A stretch of 64,000 nt of DNA. It comes from Promethearchaeota archaeon (GTDB lineage Archaea > Asgardarchaeota > Lokiarchaeia > Sigyniarchaeales > SOKP01). Below, piece by piece: positions 1 to 10,501 of the stretch; positions within the stretch are counted from its first letter, which is position 1, and each line of letters begins with the position of its first letter. The notes beneath the pieces are model-generated. The model ran no database searches. It saw only the letters and a list, made by a program, of their open reading frames with translations, and was not told the origin of the DNA. The position numbers and the translations under genes were made by a program. Location of the stretch: assembly GCA_048938025.1 (NCBI GenBank), contig JBHLMP010000006.1:1-64000 (forward strand), in the 5' to 3' direction.

Positions 1-642
1 TATGAGCCTGAACCAGAGCCAGTATATGAATCTACACCTGAACTAGAACCGGAACCAATCTATGAGCCTGAGCCAATATATGAGCCTGAGCCAATGTATG
101 AACCTGAACCAGAGCCTGTTTATGAACCTATACCTGAACCTGAGCCAGTTTATGAACATGAACCCGAACCACAAATGAATATTCCTATACCAGAGCCAGT
201 ATATGAACCTACACCTGAACCTGAGCCAGTTTATGAACATGAACCCGAACCACAAATGAATATTCCTATACCAGAGTCAGTATATGAGCCAGAACCAGAG
301 ACTATATCTGAGCCTGAACCAGAACCGGAACCAAAATATGAGTCTGAACCAATGTATGAGCCAGAGCCAGTATATGAACCTACACCTGAACTAGAACCAG
401 AGCCTGTTTATGAACCTATAACTGAACCAGAGTCAGCTTATGAATATAAGCCAGAACCTTCTTATGAAATAGAGCCAAGACCAATTTACAAACCAGAACC
501 AGAGCCCGCTAATGAATATGAACCAGAGCAAAAGCCAGCTTATGAGCCTATACCTGAACCGCCAGTATACGAATTCAAACCAAAACCAGAAAAGGAAGAG
601 GAACTTGAGGAAGAACCTACTGAATATGAAAAAGAAGAGTAA
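1..642 (+). CDS. C-terminal part of a Glu/Pro/Tyr-rich low-complexity repeat protein (5' end lies outside the window)
   Basis: Frame 1 is open from base 1 ([23 protein letters not shown]...) to TAA at 640-642; YEPEPEP repeats; acidic tail [15 protein letters not shown]. Confidence 0.8.
   Translation, partial: YEPEPEPVYESTPELEPEPIYEPEPIYEPEPMYEPEPEPVYEPIPEPEPVYEHEPEPQMNIPIPEPVYEPTPEPEPVYEHEPEPQMNIPIPESVYEPEPETISEPEPEPEPKYESEPMYEPEPVYEPTPELEPEPVYEPITEPESAYEYKPEPSYEIEPRPIYKPEPEPANEYEPEQKPAYEPIPEPPVYEFKPKPEKEEELEEEPTEYEKEE
112..276 (+). repeat. Near-perfect tandem repeat, 81-bp (27-aa) period, within the CDS
   Basis: cctgaacctgagccagtttatgaacatgaacccgaaccacaaatgaatattcctataccagag occurs at 133 and 214. 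Confidence 0.9.
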
Positions 643-829
643 AATAACTCATTTAATAATTAATTATAACTATTTCATAATATCAGTTTTATAGTAAGAA
701 CCTCCTCCATGGATTATTTTAATGGGTCATCTTCCCCTAAAATGAAAATTGAGTTAAAAAGGATATTTAATTAATCAAAAATTTTAAATAATTAACCCAT
801 TAAAGTCTTAGAGATTTTCAACAGGGAAA

Positions 830-1846
830 ATGATAGTGAAATCGACTTTAAATCCTGAAAGGAAACAGGAAATCATTGCATATATATTATTAATCTTAAC
901 TGCTGTTATTTGGGGCGGTACCTGGCCATTAGGTCGATGGTTAGTATCTGAAGAAGTTGGAGGAAGTACTATACCCCCACTGATGATAGCAGCAATCCGG
1001 TATTTCGTGGTTATAATTTGTTTTTTTCTGATTCTTAAATATCGAGAAGGAACCTTGAATTTTCAATTTGCAAAAAAAAATTGGAAAATATTAACTTTTA
1101 TGGGGTTAGCATCTGTCACAATTTATCAAGCAGGTTATCTTATAGGTGAAATCTTTACTGCTGCGAGTGATGCTAGTATCATGGTCGCAACAAACGCTAT
1201 TTGGGTTGTTATTCTTTCGAGTTTATTCCTAAAGACTGAATTCTTTACTTGGAAAAAATTTATTGGAACTATTTTAGCATTTATAGCTGTCATTATTGTG
1301 GTAGGATTTTCTCCAAATGTGGATGTGTCAAATCGAATTCTTGGAGACATTTTGATTTTAATAGCTGCCTTTGCTTATGCAACATACACGGTTACTTCGC
1401 GTTATTTTTTGAATAAAACTCAAGATAATCTTAAATCGTATCAACCAAGCTCTTTATGGATAATAACATGGGTATCTTCTCTTGGATTTTTAATTACAAC
1501 ACCTATAGCATTACTTATTAGTCCAGAATTTCTCAATCCGCAAGAATATTTTACTATTCCAGTCCGTATATGGATTGGAATTGCCTATTTAGCATTTCTT
1601 TCTACAGTAGGAGCATATACATTTTACTTAGAAGGAGTTAAACGTTTAAATGCTAGTAGAGCCGCGATATTTCAAACATTAGTACCATTATTTGGAATAA
1701 TCTTCTCAGCTATATTTTTACAAGAAGAATTCGATATTTTCATTTATCCCTTTTCCTTGTTATTGGTAATATTAGGAATATCTCTTGTAAATCGCGATAA
1801 ATCCCAAAAAAGAAGAGAAAGATTCAGTAAAAGTGAAAATAAATAA
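830..1846 (+). CDS. DMT/EamA family transporter
   Basis: About 10 TM helices; IWGGTW start motif; two EamA-like halves; GVKRLNASRAAIF. Confidence 0.9.
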   Translation: MIVKSTLNPERKQEIIAYILLILTAVIWGGTWPLGRWLVSEEVGGSTIPPLMIAAIRYFVVIICFFLILKYREGTLNFQFAKKNWKILTFMGLASVTIYQAGYLIGEIFTAASDASIMVATNAIWVVILSSLFLKTEFFTWKKFIGTILAFIAVIIVVGFSPNVDVSNRILGDILILIAAFAYATYTVTSRYFLNKTQDNLKSYQPSSLWIITWVSSLGFLITTPIALLISPEFLNPQEYFTIPVRIWIGIAYLAFLSTVGAYTFYLEGVKRLNASRAAIFQTLVPLFGIIFSAIFLQEEFDIFIYPFSLLLVILGISLVNRDKSQKRRERFSKSENK

Positions 1847-1926
1847 TATTAGAGATTTTAAAAGGAAATTATAATAATACAAAATGGTTAAATAATTAAA
1901 AATTTGGTTAAGGAGTCAATAAAATA

Positions 1927-3876
1927 ATGAGTTATAATAAAATTGTTAAAGGCAATTCAGGTGATGAAAAGTTCTTTTTAGGAAATGAAACAATTGTTCG
2001 TGGTGCTTTAGAAAGTGGTATAGACGTTTACACTTATTATCCAGGTACACCCAGTTCTGAAGTTGGAGAGATTTTTATGGAAATTTTCAGAGACGTAGGA
2101 ATGAAATGGGTGGAATCAAGTATCAATGAGAAGGTAGCTATAGAAGTCGCTGGTGCTGCATACGCAAGAGGTGCCTCTGTTATGGTTGGTATGAAAAATG
2201 TGGGATTGAATGTTGCATCAGATCCCTTATTTGCCCTTTCTACTACTCATCCTAAAAATAAGAATTCCGCCATAGTTATTTTAGTTGCTGATGACCCTCA
2301 ACAACATTCAAGTGCTGTAGAGATGGATTCAAGATATTATTTAAAACTTTTTAAAATACCTGCATTAGAGCCGAGCAGTCCTCAGGAATGTTTAGAATTT
2401 ACTAAAAAAGCTTTTGAAATTTCAAGAGAGTTGAAACTTCCGGTTATTTTAAGAACTGTCACGATGGTTTCTCATTCTAGAAGTAATGTAATTATTGGAG
2501 AAATAAAACAATCGAAAATTAAAGAGGATTTTGATCTATCAAAGGAATTCAATGTGGCTTCAAGACTTTATTTTTTAGAGTTAAAAGAAGATCAGATATA
2601 CAATAGGTTGAATCAAGCATTGGAGATGTCAGAGAATAGTTCATTGAATAGAATTGAAAATATGAATGTGAAAAATGAATTTGAGTTAGGAATCATAACT
2701 AGTGGTGTATCATACAGTTATATACTTGAAGCTTTTGATTTTCTTGGTTTTGAAGTTCCAGTTCTTAAAATTGGTTTTATAAATCCATTACCAGCACAAA
2801 GAATAGCAAATTTTCTTAAACAATTCAAACAGGTATTTATTGTAGAAGAAAATGATGCTTATATTGAAACACAAGTTTTAGCGATTGCTCAAAAAGATGA
2901 GATTAAAGTGAAAATTCATGGGAAAGATCCTTTTTCTTATTCTAAAGAAAATTCATTATTACCTGTTGTTGGAGAATTGGATCCTACAAAAATTGCCCTT
3001 GCACTAATTAAAATAACAAATATAGCTCCAAAAATAGATCTAAACCAAATCAAAGGGAAAAAGTATGATATATTGGGTAGGTTACCTATATTATGCCCAG
3101 GTTGTCCCCATAGAACAACAGGTTATGCAATAAAGCAAGCAATTACAAAAATTAAATCGAAAACGGGAAAAAATATTTATTTTTACCAAGATATAGGATG
3201 TTATACTCTTTTGGCATATCCTCCCCTGTCATTTGCTAATGTTAAGTATTGTATGGGATCAAGTATAGCATTAGCTCAAGGGGTTGCTCAAACAAATGGA
3301 AGTTTAAACATTGCCATTATAGGAGATGGAACTTTTTTTCATGCCGGAATACCTGCGCTTTTAAATGGAATCTATAATAAAGCTCCAATTTTAGTGTTAA
3401 TATTGGATAATGGATGGATCGGGATGACAGGGCAGCAACCTCATCAAGGAAGCGATATTCGTTATTATAAAGAGGGACATTTTAAGAAGAATATAAAGTT
3501 GGAAGATTTTTTACAAGGTACTGGTGCTCATATCAGTGTAATAAGGCATCATGAAGACAGTGAACAAAATTATTTAAGTAGATTAAAGGAAGTGATATAT
3601 GAGAAAGGGTTTGATGTCTTGGAAAGAAAAAATTTGCATGTTATACTTGTAAAAGATGAATGTATCCAGAAATACATTAAAAGATATGAGCCAAATGTGA
3701 GATATGTTGATGTAAAATCATGTAAAAATTGTGGTTTATGTTATAGTGAATTTTTATGTCCTGCGATTATTGAAGAGGATAATGCTGCTTTCATTAACTC
3801 AACCCTATGCTTAGGATGTGGTATCTGCGAAGAAATTTGCCCTAATAATGCTATTAACAGGGAGGAGATATCATGA
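1927..3876 (+). CDS. iorA: Indolepyruvate:ferredoxin oxidoreductase alpha subunit
   Basis: LGNE..RGA, YPGTPSSE, NEKVA, MKNVGLNVA, LCPGCPHR, DIGCY, GDGTFFHAG (TPP binding), C-terminal 2x CxxCxxC ferredoxin. Confidence 0.95.
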   Translation: MSYNKIVKGNSGDEKFFLGNETIVRGALESGIDVYTYYPGTPSSEVGEIFMEIFRDVGMKWVESSINEKVAIEVAGAAYARGASVMVGMKNVGLNVASDPLFALSTTHPKNKNSAIVILVADDPQQHSSAVEMDSRYYLKLFKIPALEPSSPQECLEFTKKAFEISRELKLPVILRTVTMVSHSRSNVIIGEIKQSKIKEDFDLSKEFNVASRLYFLELKEDQIYNRLNQALEMSENSSLNRIENMNVKNEFELGIITSGVSYSYILEAFDFLGFEVPVLKIGFINPLPAQRIANFLKQFKQVFIVEENDAYIETQVLAIAQKDEIKVKIHGKDPFSYSKENSLLPVVGELDPTKIALALIKITNIAPKIDLNQIKGKKYDILGRLPILCPGCPHRTTGYAIKQAITKIKSKTGKNIYFYQDIGCYTLLAYPPLSFANVKYCMGSSIALAQGVAQTNGSLNIAIIGDGTFFHAGIPALLNGIYNKAPILVLILDNGWIGMTGQQPHQGSDIRYYKEGHFKKNIKLEDFLQGTGAHISVIRHHEDSEQNYLSRLKEVIYEKGFDVLERKNLHVILVKDECIQKYIKRYEPNVRYVDVKSCKNCGLCYSEFLCPAIIEEDNAAFINSTLCLGCGICEEICPNNAINREEIS

Positions 3877-4454
3877 CCTGTGATAGCTATACGATAGTAA
3901 TTACCGGCTTAGGGGGACAAGGTTTAATAAGCTTGCTGAAAATTCTGGGAAATGCCTTAGTTACTAAAGGATATAAAGTAATAACTTCTGAAACACATGG
4001 TCTTAGTCAGAGAGGTGGTAAAGTGACATGTTTCCTTCGTTTCGGGGATATGTTGAATGCTCCAATTCCAATGATTGGATCAGCAGATATGATCATTGCT
4101 ACTGAAAAAAGCTGCATTTTGGATGTGTTAAAATACGCAAAACAGAATATGAGTACAAAATTAATCATATCCTCTTATGAGAAAAGGATAATAAATGAAA
4201 AATACCCTTCTGAAAATTATATATTAAAAGTCCTTAATGAAAATTCGGATAACATATACTTTATACCAGATACCAATATTGCGGAAAAGCTTATGAAAAA
4301 TCTAAAAGCTACTAACATAGTTATATTAGGCTATATTTTAAGATTTTTACCGTTAAGTGATAAAGATATTGAGAACTCTTTAAAGCAACAATTTATAGGA
4401 AAAGATTTAGAAATAAATCTAAAAGCTCTTAAAGAAGGACAAAATATAAAATAG
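3873..4454 (+). CDS. iorB: Indolepyruvate:ferredoxin oxidoreductase beta subunit
   Basis: GLGGQG, SETHGLSQRGG; ATGA overlap with iorA. Confidence 0.92.
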   Translation: MTCDSYTIVITGLGGQGLISLLKILGNALVTKGYKVITSETHGLSQRGGKVTCFLRFGDMLNAPIPMIGSADMIIATEKSCILDVLKYAKQNMSTKLIISSYEKRIINEKYPSENYILKVLNENSDNIYFIPDTNIAEKLMKNLKATNIVILGYILRFLPLSDKDIENSLKQQFIGKDLEINLKALKEGQNIK

Positions 4455-4479
4455 AGTTATATTATCTAGACCTATTATC

Positions 4480-6117
4480 TTATCCCAACCTTTTTTTTTC
4501 GAGTTCGATTAATTCTCGCCGTAAAATTTTACCTGAACCTGATTTAGGGATATCATCCACAAATTCAACCTCTCGTATCTTCTTATAAGCGGAAATCCTT
4601 TCAGCAACCCAATCCATAATTTCCTGGTCAGTTACTTTACCCTTAGACGCTGGTTTTAAAATTATAAAAGCTTTCGGTATTTGCCCGATATCTAGTTCTT
4701 TAGATGGTTTTCCAATAACAGCAGCATCAAATACATGTGGATTTTTAAATAGTAAATCCTCAAGTTCAGCAGGTGCAATAGCCCACCCTTTGTATTTTAT
4801 CATTTCCTTGATACGATCAACAAGATGCTCGTATTCATCATCGTCAATGTACGCCATATCACCTGTTCTCAACCATTTTTCACCAGTTTTAGGGTCAATC
4901 CAAAAGGCATTTTTAGTAGCTTCAGGTCGATTCCAATAGCCTTTCATAACTTGAGGCCCTTTAATAACTAGTTCTCCAACTTGCCCCCGTTCAGGGAGCT
5001 CCTCACCAGTCTCTAAATCAATAATTTTATGAAAAGTATCGGGAATAAGAGTACCTTGAGATTCCATTTTAGGGCGATACATAGGATTTACAGCAACAAC
5101 TGGAGAGGCTTCAGTTAATCCCCAACCATGTTGGACGGTCACTTCTTCAGCATTACACTTTTCTTTTGCTAATTTTTCAAATCTATCAAGAAGTTCAAGA
5201 GGTATCGGTGCAGCGCCATTGTTAAAAATTTTAAGGTTTGGCCAATCATATCCTTTTACATTTGGGTCTTCAAGATGTCGAACTACTGCTAGAAATATTG
5301 GAGGTACACATAGGCTATATGTAACTTGATATTTTTCAATGAGCTCACAGAATTGTTTCACCTCAAATCGTGGTGTTACTACTTGTGCTGCGCCTAACCA
5401 AATAGCTTGGTTCATACACACATTTAATCCATAGATATGATAAAGAGGAAGTACAGTCATAGCGATATCTAATTCGCTTAAATCGAAAAGTGGGCATACT
5501 TGGATAACATTTGACACCATATTGTAATGTGTAAGCATGGTTCCTTTTGGCAGACCTGTTGTTCCACTTGTATATACTAATGTCGCGAGATCTTCTTTTG
5601 AATTAAAGTTGTATTCAGGAGGGTCTGGACTGGTTTTAATCATTAATTCTGACCATCCAATAGTTCCTTTTGGCGTTTCTGGTTTCTTTTCATTTTTTTC
5701 TATTACTATAATATTTTTAAGATTTGTTTTATCCTTGATTGCTGCAACGTTAGGGTATTCTGGTTGTGAAACTATGATTGTCTCTACTCCAGCATCATTT
5801 GCTTCATATTCTACCTCAGATTCTTTGAATAATGGGTTCATCGGAACTAGAATTGCCCCTGCTTTTTCTAACCCAAAAAAAGAAATTTCCCACTGGATTG
5901 TGTTTGGTCCATATAAGGCGATTCTATCCCCTTTTCTCACACCTAAATCTTTTAATGCTGTCGCAAATTTGTCAACTTGTTCTTTAAATAGTTTGAAACT
6001 CATTTCTTCAGGGTAGAGAAAAGCATGTCTGTCTGGAAATCTTTCTGCTGTATCTTCCAAAATTTCATAAATGGGGATTTCAGGATAATAAAGATGACCC
6101 CTTTTAAATTTAACCAC
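4480..6117 (-). CDS. Long-chain fatty acid-CoA ligase (AMP-binding enzyme)
   Basis: YTSGTTGLPKG, GWGLTEASP, LRTGD, DRIKEMIK, PKSGSGKILRR; probable start GTG at 6117 behind AGGTGA SD (ORF track start 6126). Confidence 0.93.
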   Translation of the reverse strand: MVKFKRGHLYYPEIPIYEILEDTAERFPDRHAFLYPEEMSFKLFKEQVDKFATALKDLGVRKGDRIALYGPNTIQWEISFFGLEKAGAILVPMNPLFKESEVEYEANDAGVETIIVSQPEYPNVAAIKDKTNLKNIIVIEKNEKKPETPKGTIGWSELMIKTSPDPPEYNFNSKEDLATLVYTSGTTGLPKGTMLTHYNMVSNVIQVCPLFDLSELDIAMTVLPLYHIYGLNVCMNQAIWLGAAQVVTPRFEVKQFCELIEKYQVTYSLCVPPIFLAVVRHLEDPNVKGYDWPNLKIFNNGAAPIPLELLDRFEKLAKEKCNAEEVTVQHGWGLTEASPVVAVNPMYRPKMESQGTLIPDTFHKIIDLETGEELPERGQVGELVIKGPQVMKGYWNRPEATKNAFWIDPKTGEKWLRTGDMAYIDDDEYEHLVDRIKEMIKYKGWAIAPAELEDLLFKNPHVFDAAVIGKPSKELDIGQIPKAFIILKPASKGKVTDQEIMDWVAERISAYKKIREVEFVDDIPKSGSGKILRRELIELEKKRLG

Positions 6118-6217
6118 TATTTTCACCTATTTAAGTACTAAATTAATCATAATATACAATCTTTATTAATAATTTCTTGCAGTATAATCATAAGTATTTT
6201 TAGATCTTATATGAATA

Positions 6218-7372
6218 TTAAGTTCTTAAGGGATAAGTTCCAAAGATTTTAGTAGTTTCAATCATCCACTTTAATCGTTCAACTGACATTTTGGGGTGAA
6301 AATTAGCTGGAGAAACCATGAATCCCCCACCATGCCCCATTGCTTCAATAGCATTCTTAACAGCTTGTTCTACTTCTTTTTTTGATGCATCTACTAAGAT
6401 ATGTCTTGTGTCGATATTTCCAGATAAACATAGCTTATCTCCTACCTTTTTTTTAACTAAATAAGGATCAACAAAAGGAGGCTCTAAACATTGGAGGCCA
6501 TCAAACCCAGACTCAACTATAAAATCCAACAAACTGGTAATATCTCCATCTGTATGTAAAATATACTTAGACCCCCAATTGTGAATTGCTTCCGCCACTT
6601 CTTGATAACGAGGTAATAAATACTTATTAAAGTCCCTAGGGTTAATCATTGGACCTCCACTGTGTGCGATATCTCCACCTTCAAGAAAAATCTTAGCACC
6701 GCAGTCCGAATAAGCTTTAAATACAGTTAAAACAAAATCAGTAGTAAATCTGAAACGTTCTTCAATTAATTTTGGGTCATTCTTCAAAGCACGCACAAAA
6801 TTTGGCATTCCCATTCCCTGCCATACAGGGGGGAATATAGATGTTAGCGCATTTTGAACAATAATACAAATCTCGTCCTTTATATCACGACACTTTCTTA
6901 AAACTCCTTTATAGAATTTTTTAGCTTTCTTGTATTCGTCTCTTAAGTCAGGTTTAGGATATTTTTCCCAGTCTTCTCGATTTTTTATATATCCTCCATA
7001 ATAATCTGGATATGGATTTCCATCAATATTTCTTACTTTATGTCTCTTTCCAAATATATCTGTCATCTCAGTTTTACTTTCCAAAATGAATGGAATATAT
7101 TGGACCCCCACTCCATCAAATCCTAATTCATAGCCAGCTCTAACTGTTTTTGAAAATACAGAAATTTCAATATCATTTAATATTGAATTAAGTCTATTAA
7201 GCCAATCATCTGGATATTGTTCTTCCAATTCGTCAAAAATTTCAAAGGTTGTTCTTGGAGGAGGACCTAAGATCTTATCAGCAACATTTCCATCAATATT
7301 TATTGTATGGGTTGGAATTCTATCAGGTTCTTCATGATTTAATGCAGCCCATATTCTATCAAAGCTATTCAT
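6218..7372 (-). CDS. Uroporphyrinogen decarboxylase / MtaA-CmuA family protein
   Basis: ALNHEEPDRIP, GGDIA, LHTDGDI, LCLSGNID, GGGFMVSPAN. Confidence 0.85.
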   Translation of the reverse strand: MNSFDRIWAALNHEEPDRIPTHTINIDGNVADKILGPPPRTTFEIFDELEEQYPDDWLNRLNSILNDIEISVFSKTVRAGYELGFDGVGVQYIPFILESKTEMTDIFGKRHKVRNIDGNPYPDYYGGYIKNREDWEKYPKPDLRDEYKKAKKFYKGVLRKCRDIKDEICIIVQNALTSIFPPVWQGMGMPNFVRALKNDPKLIEERFRFTTDFVLTVFKAYSDCGAKIFLEGGDIAHSGGPMINPRDFNKYLLPRYQEVAEAIHNWGSKYILHTDGDITSLLDFIVESGFDGLQCLEPPFVDPYLVKKKVGDKLCLSGNIDTRHILVDASKKEVEQAVKNAIEAMGHGGGFMVSPANFHPKMSVERLKWMIETTKIFGTYPLRT

Positions 7373-7484
7373 ATTACTATTTTCGAGTATAGATTATTTA
7401 ATATTATATCTTATTTGTCATGAAATTTTACATTATAGATATAAAGAAAAGAAATTTTAGAAAAATAAAAAAGCAAGTTTTAAG

Positions 7485-8822
7485 TTATTTAATTTTATAT
7501 TGACTTTTCAAGAAATTAATAATGTAATCTTTGACTTTATCTCTATCAGGTAAGCTGGCCACCATACCGTAAATAGCTGAGTCTCCTTCTGAACTCTTTT
7601 GGGGATTTTCAGCGACTTCTTTAACAGCATCTCTGAGATCTTTTAAGAAAGAATCAACAATTTGAGCATGATGGGGATTAACCATCATATGTAAAGCATT
7701 TGGGAATTGAATTCGATCTAAATGCCATCCTTTTTCATCCATAACATCTCCTACATGAAAAATATCAACTTCGTCAGAAGTAAAAGAAAAAACGCTCATT
7801 ACTGGTTTTCCGATAATATATACCTCGGGAATTTGATTAATACCCGAAGTCAATTTTTCTGTTGCGTCCATAACAATTTTTGCTAAGTCTAAATAACCAT
7901 CTATACCTAAAGATCTCAACGCGGCCCATGCTGCTGCGATTGCACCACCGGGGCGAGTTCCTCTCATAGTAGTTGAGATATAAACGCCACCGGACCAATC
8001 CGTATAAACAGAAAATTGATATTTCCAAATCCTTTCTTTTCTATATAGTATTGTAGATGACCCTTTAGCTCCGTAACCATATTTATGAATATCAGCAGAT
8101 ATGGATGTCACACCAGGAACCGAGAAATCAAAATCAGGAACTTCATATCCAAGTCTCTTCACAAAAGGTAACATAAATCCTCCAAGACAAGAATCTACGT
8201 GCATTCCAATGTTATGTGATTGAGCAATAGAGGCAAGTTCTGAGATCGGGTCTACAACGCCTCTCGGGAAATCACATGCAGAACCAACCATTAAAATTGT
8301 ATTGTTGGTTAATGCTTCCTCCATTGCCTTTACATCTGCTCGGTGGGTCTCTTTATCTACTGGTACTCGCACTGCCTTTACTCCAAAATAATCAGCTCCT
8401 TTATCAAAAGCAGGATGTGCTGAGCTAGGCAAAACCATTTCTGGTTCTTTAATATCAGGAAATTTATCTCTAGCCCAATCTCTATAAGTCTTTACCGCCA
8501 TTACAATGCTCTCAGTTCCTCCTGAAGTCATACTTCCGCAACACCTTTTATCGCCCCCAAATAAATCAATAACCATGGAAATTACTTCTGTTTCGAATTT
8601 TTTTAAACTTGGAAAAGCTATTGGACTTAATGCGTTTTTAGAGAAAAACATAGTATAAGCTTTTTTGAGCATTTCAGTATGTTTGTCTGTAGCATGATAA
8701 ACCAAGCTCCATACCCTACCATCTCTCCAATTTATATCATCTTTACGAATTTCTTCCATTTCTTCTAAGATCTTATCTTCATGAATCCCATTTTCTGGCA
8801 ATATAACCTTCGGTCTAGCCAT
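7485..8822 (-). CDS. PLP-dependent group II decarboxylase, sphingosine-1-phosphate lyase-like
   Basis: NALSP..FPSLKKFETEVISM, TSGGTES, HVDSCLGGF, SISADIHKYGY (PLP lysine), WSGGVY..TTM.GTRPGG. Confidence 0.85.
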   Translation of the reverse strand: MARPKVILPENGIHEDKILEEMEEIRKDDINWRDGRVWSLVYHATDKHTEMLKKAYTMFFSKNALSPIAFPSLKKFETEVISMVIDLFGGDKRCCGSMTSGGTESIVMAVKTYRDWARDKFPDIKEPEMVLPSSAHPAFDKGADYFGVKAVRVPVDKETHRADVKAMEEALTNNTILMVGSACDFPRGVVDPISELASIAQSHNIGMHVDSCLGGFMLPFVKRLGYEVPDFDFSVPGVTSISADIHKYGYGAKGSSTILYRKERIWKYQFSVYTDWSGGVYISTTMRGTRPGGAIAAAWAALRSLGIDGYLDLAKIVMDATEKLTSGINQIPEVYIIGKPVMSVFSFTSDEVDIFHVGDVMDEKGWHLDRIQFPNALHMMVNPHHAQIVDSFLKDLRDAVKEVAENPQKSSEGDSAIYGMVASLPDRDKVKDYIINFLKSQYKIK

Positions 8823-9067
8823 TTTTTTTCACAAACAGATTGTATAATATTTAGGATATTTAAATTAATTAAGAGTTTAAAACCTTGATATACCATTAAA
8901 TAAATTTACTTAATGAAAAATTAAATTAATTTATTTCATTGAAATATAGCGATTTTAACGAAATTTTCAATTATTTTTGAGGGTTTCTTAACTAGAGGAG
9001 GGGAATATCAATACTGGATCTATGGAAAGAAAAATCTTATAAAATAAATCAAATTTTAAATTAATTA

Positions 9068-9550
9068 TTGGTAATAGAACTTATGTCGTCTTTAAATAGA
9101 GAAAAATTGCATACAACCTGTAGAGAATCCTTAGAGAAAGATAAAGATTTCATTCCTCGGAAATATACACTTACTCATTCAGATTCCACAGGAGAATTAT
9201 ATTTAACCATCGATTGTGATTATGATTACAACCAGATATCAGGCTTGTATACTCGTTTTATGAGGGATGAAATTTTAGCGGAATGGCAAAGAAATGAAGA
9301 AAAAGATGAATTGCATGTATTTGCCCATGTTAGTGGCGGAATTGTTTTTGGATGGGCAGCACTACGATATAGAATTTTTAAGCATCATATGCCAATGGTC
9401 CTACAAACTATTAGAGAGGGAGATACTCAACTGTTTGAGATTTTTCCAATTCTTGACAATGTTCCTATATTTGTGCATTTTTTATCACAAAATAAAAAAT
9501 ATAATAAAATTGAAAATTATGGAACTTTAAAAGATTATAAGTTGGATTAA
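9068..9550 (+). CDS. Stay-Green (SGR) family protein, putative metal dechelatase
   Basis: PRKYTLTHSD.TGELYLTI, RDEILAEW, LHVFAHVSGG, RYRIF...MP.VL, GD..LF, VHF.S....NKIENYGTL match the SGR domain; likely start ATG 9083. Confidence 0.88.
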   Translation: MVIELMSSLNREKLHTTCRESLEKDKDFIPRKYTLTHSDSTGELYLTIDCDYDYNQISGLYTRFMRDEILAEWQRNEEKDELHVFAHVSGGIVFGWAALRYRIFKHHMPMVLQTIREGDTQLFEIFPILDNVPIFVHFLSQNKKYNKIENYGTLKDYKLD

Positions 9551-9754
9551 TTCAAAATCTTAAAAAAAATTATATTGCATAATTTTTTAAAAATTTTCAA
9601 AAATCCAAAAGGATTATTTCAATTCTAATTTTTTTTTGAAAAAGGATAAAGCGATTTAAATTATTAATAACTATTTGTTCTTATTAATAATATATAAAAG
9701 AGAAACAAATAATAATTAGTTGGATTTTTGAATTCTTAAAAGAAAGGAAACACA

Positions 9755-10501
9755 ATGACAGTCATCACTTATAAAGTAGTTTTCGATGGTCGGATCGATG
9801 ATAAATTAAAAAATAAGATTGACAACGGATTTTTAGAGGAAGTAATTGATGATGCCCAAACTCAGGTAGTTATAGGAGTAGATTTTTATGCTAAAGATTT
9901 TAATCTATATGGGAAAGGGATAAGAGCTCAAGTTTGGATCTTAAGTCAAGATCAAATGTTTAAGGCAATAAAAGCTATGTATTACAAGGGTGCGAATCTC
10001 GTCATATATGTGAAATCTGATAATTCATCTACTGTTGAAAAATTAATAGATTCTTTTAAAAATGCTAAGATTAATCCAAATAATATAATTTTAATAGAGA
10101 CTACAGAAGATTTTACTGAAGCTTTTTTTGAATATGCAATTGTAATTACTTTGTATCATGATGGATTAATAAGTTCTAGTACATTCAGAGAGAAAAAAGT
10201 AGTTTATGAGAAAGGGAATGACCCAAAATTTACAGTTTTAAGTGATTATTTAGAATCAGAGGAATATGAAATTAAAAATTTGAAAGATTTATTATTAAGA
10301 AAAGAGGGGAAAATTGAAGAATTAAGAAAGCTAGTTAAATTTAAAGATAAACAAATAAGCAATTTAAAAGATTCCCTCCAATCGAAAGATAAACTCATAA
10401 GATCACAAATTAACGAAATGAAAATTATTACTAATTCTGTAAAGATTAAAGAAAAAGAACTTGAGGATCTACGAAAAGAATTAAAGCTTAAAGATAAGTA
10501 A
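9755..10501 (+). CDS. Degenerate Rab-like small-GTPase domain fused to a coiled coil
   Basis: YKVVFDG, IGVDFYAK, IRAQVW, F...KAMYYKGA retained; P-loop GKT, DxxGQ and NKxD absent; heptad-rich C-terminus. Confidence 0.65.
   Translation: MTVITYKVVFDGRIDDKLKNKIDNGFLEEVIDDAQTQVVIGVDFYAKDFNLYGKGIRAQVWILSQDQMFKAIKAMYYKGANLVIYVKSDNSSTVEKLIDSFKNAKINPNNIILIETTEDFTEAFFEYAIVITLYHDGLISSSTFREKKVVYEKGNDPKFTVLSDYLESEEYEIKNLKDLLLRKEGKIEELRKLVKFKDKQISNLKDSLQSKDKLIRSQINEMKIITNSVKIKEKELEDLRKELKLKDK

Noticed and set aside
1-560. Repeat region as a CRISPR array
   Set aside because: Repeats are codon-phased and degenerate, with no unique spacers; they are protein-coding
43-694. ORFs 43-255 (-) and 512-694 (+)
   Set aside because: Shadow frames of the Glu/Pro repeat gene
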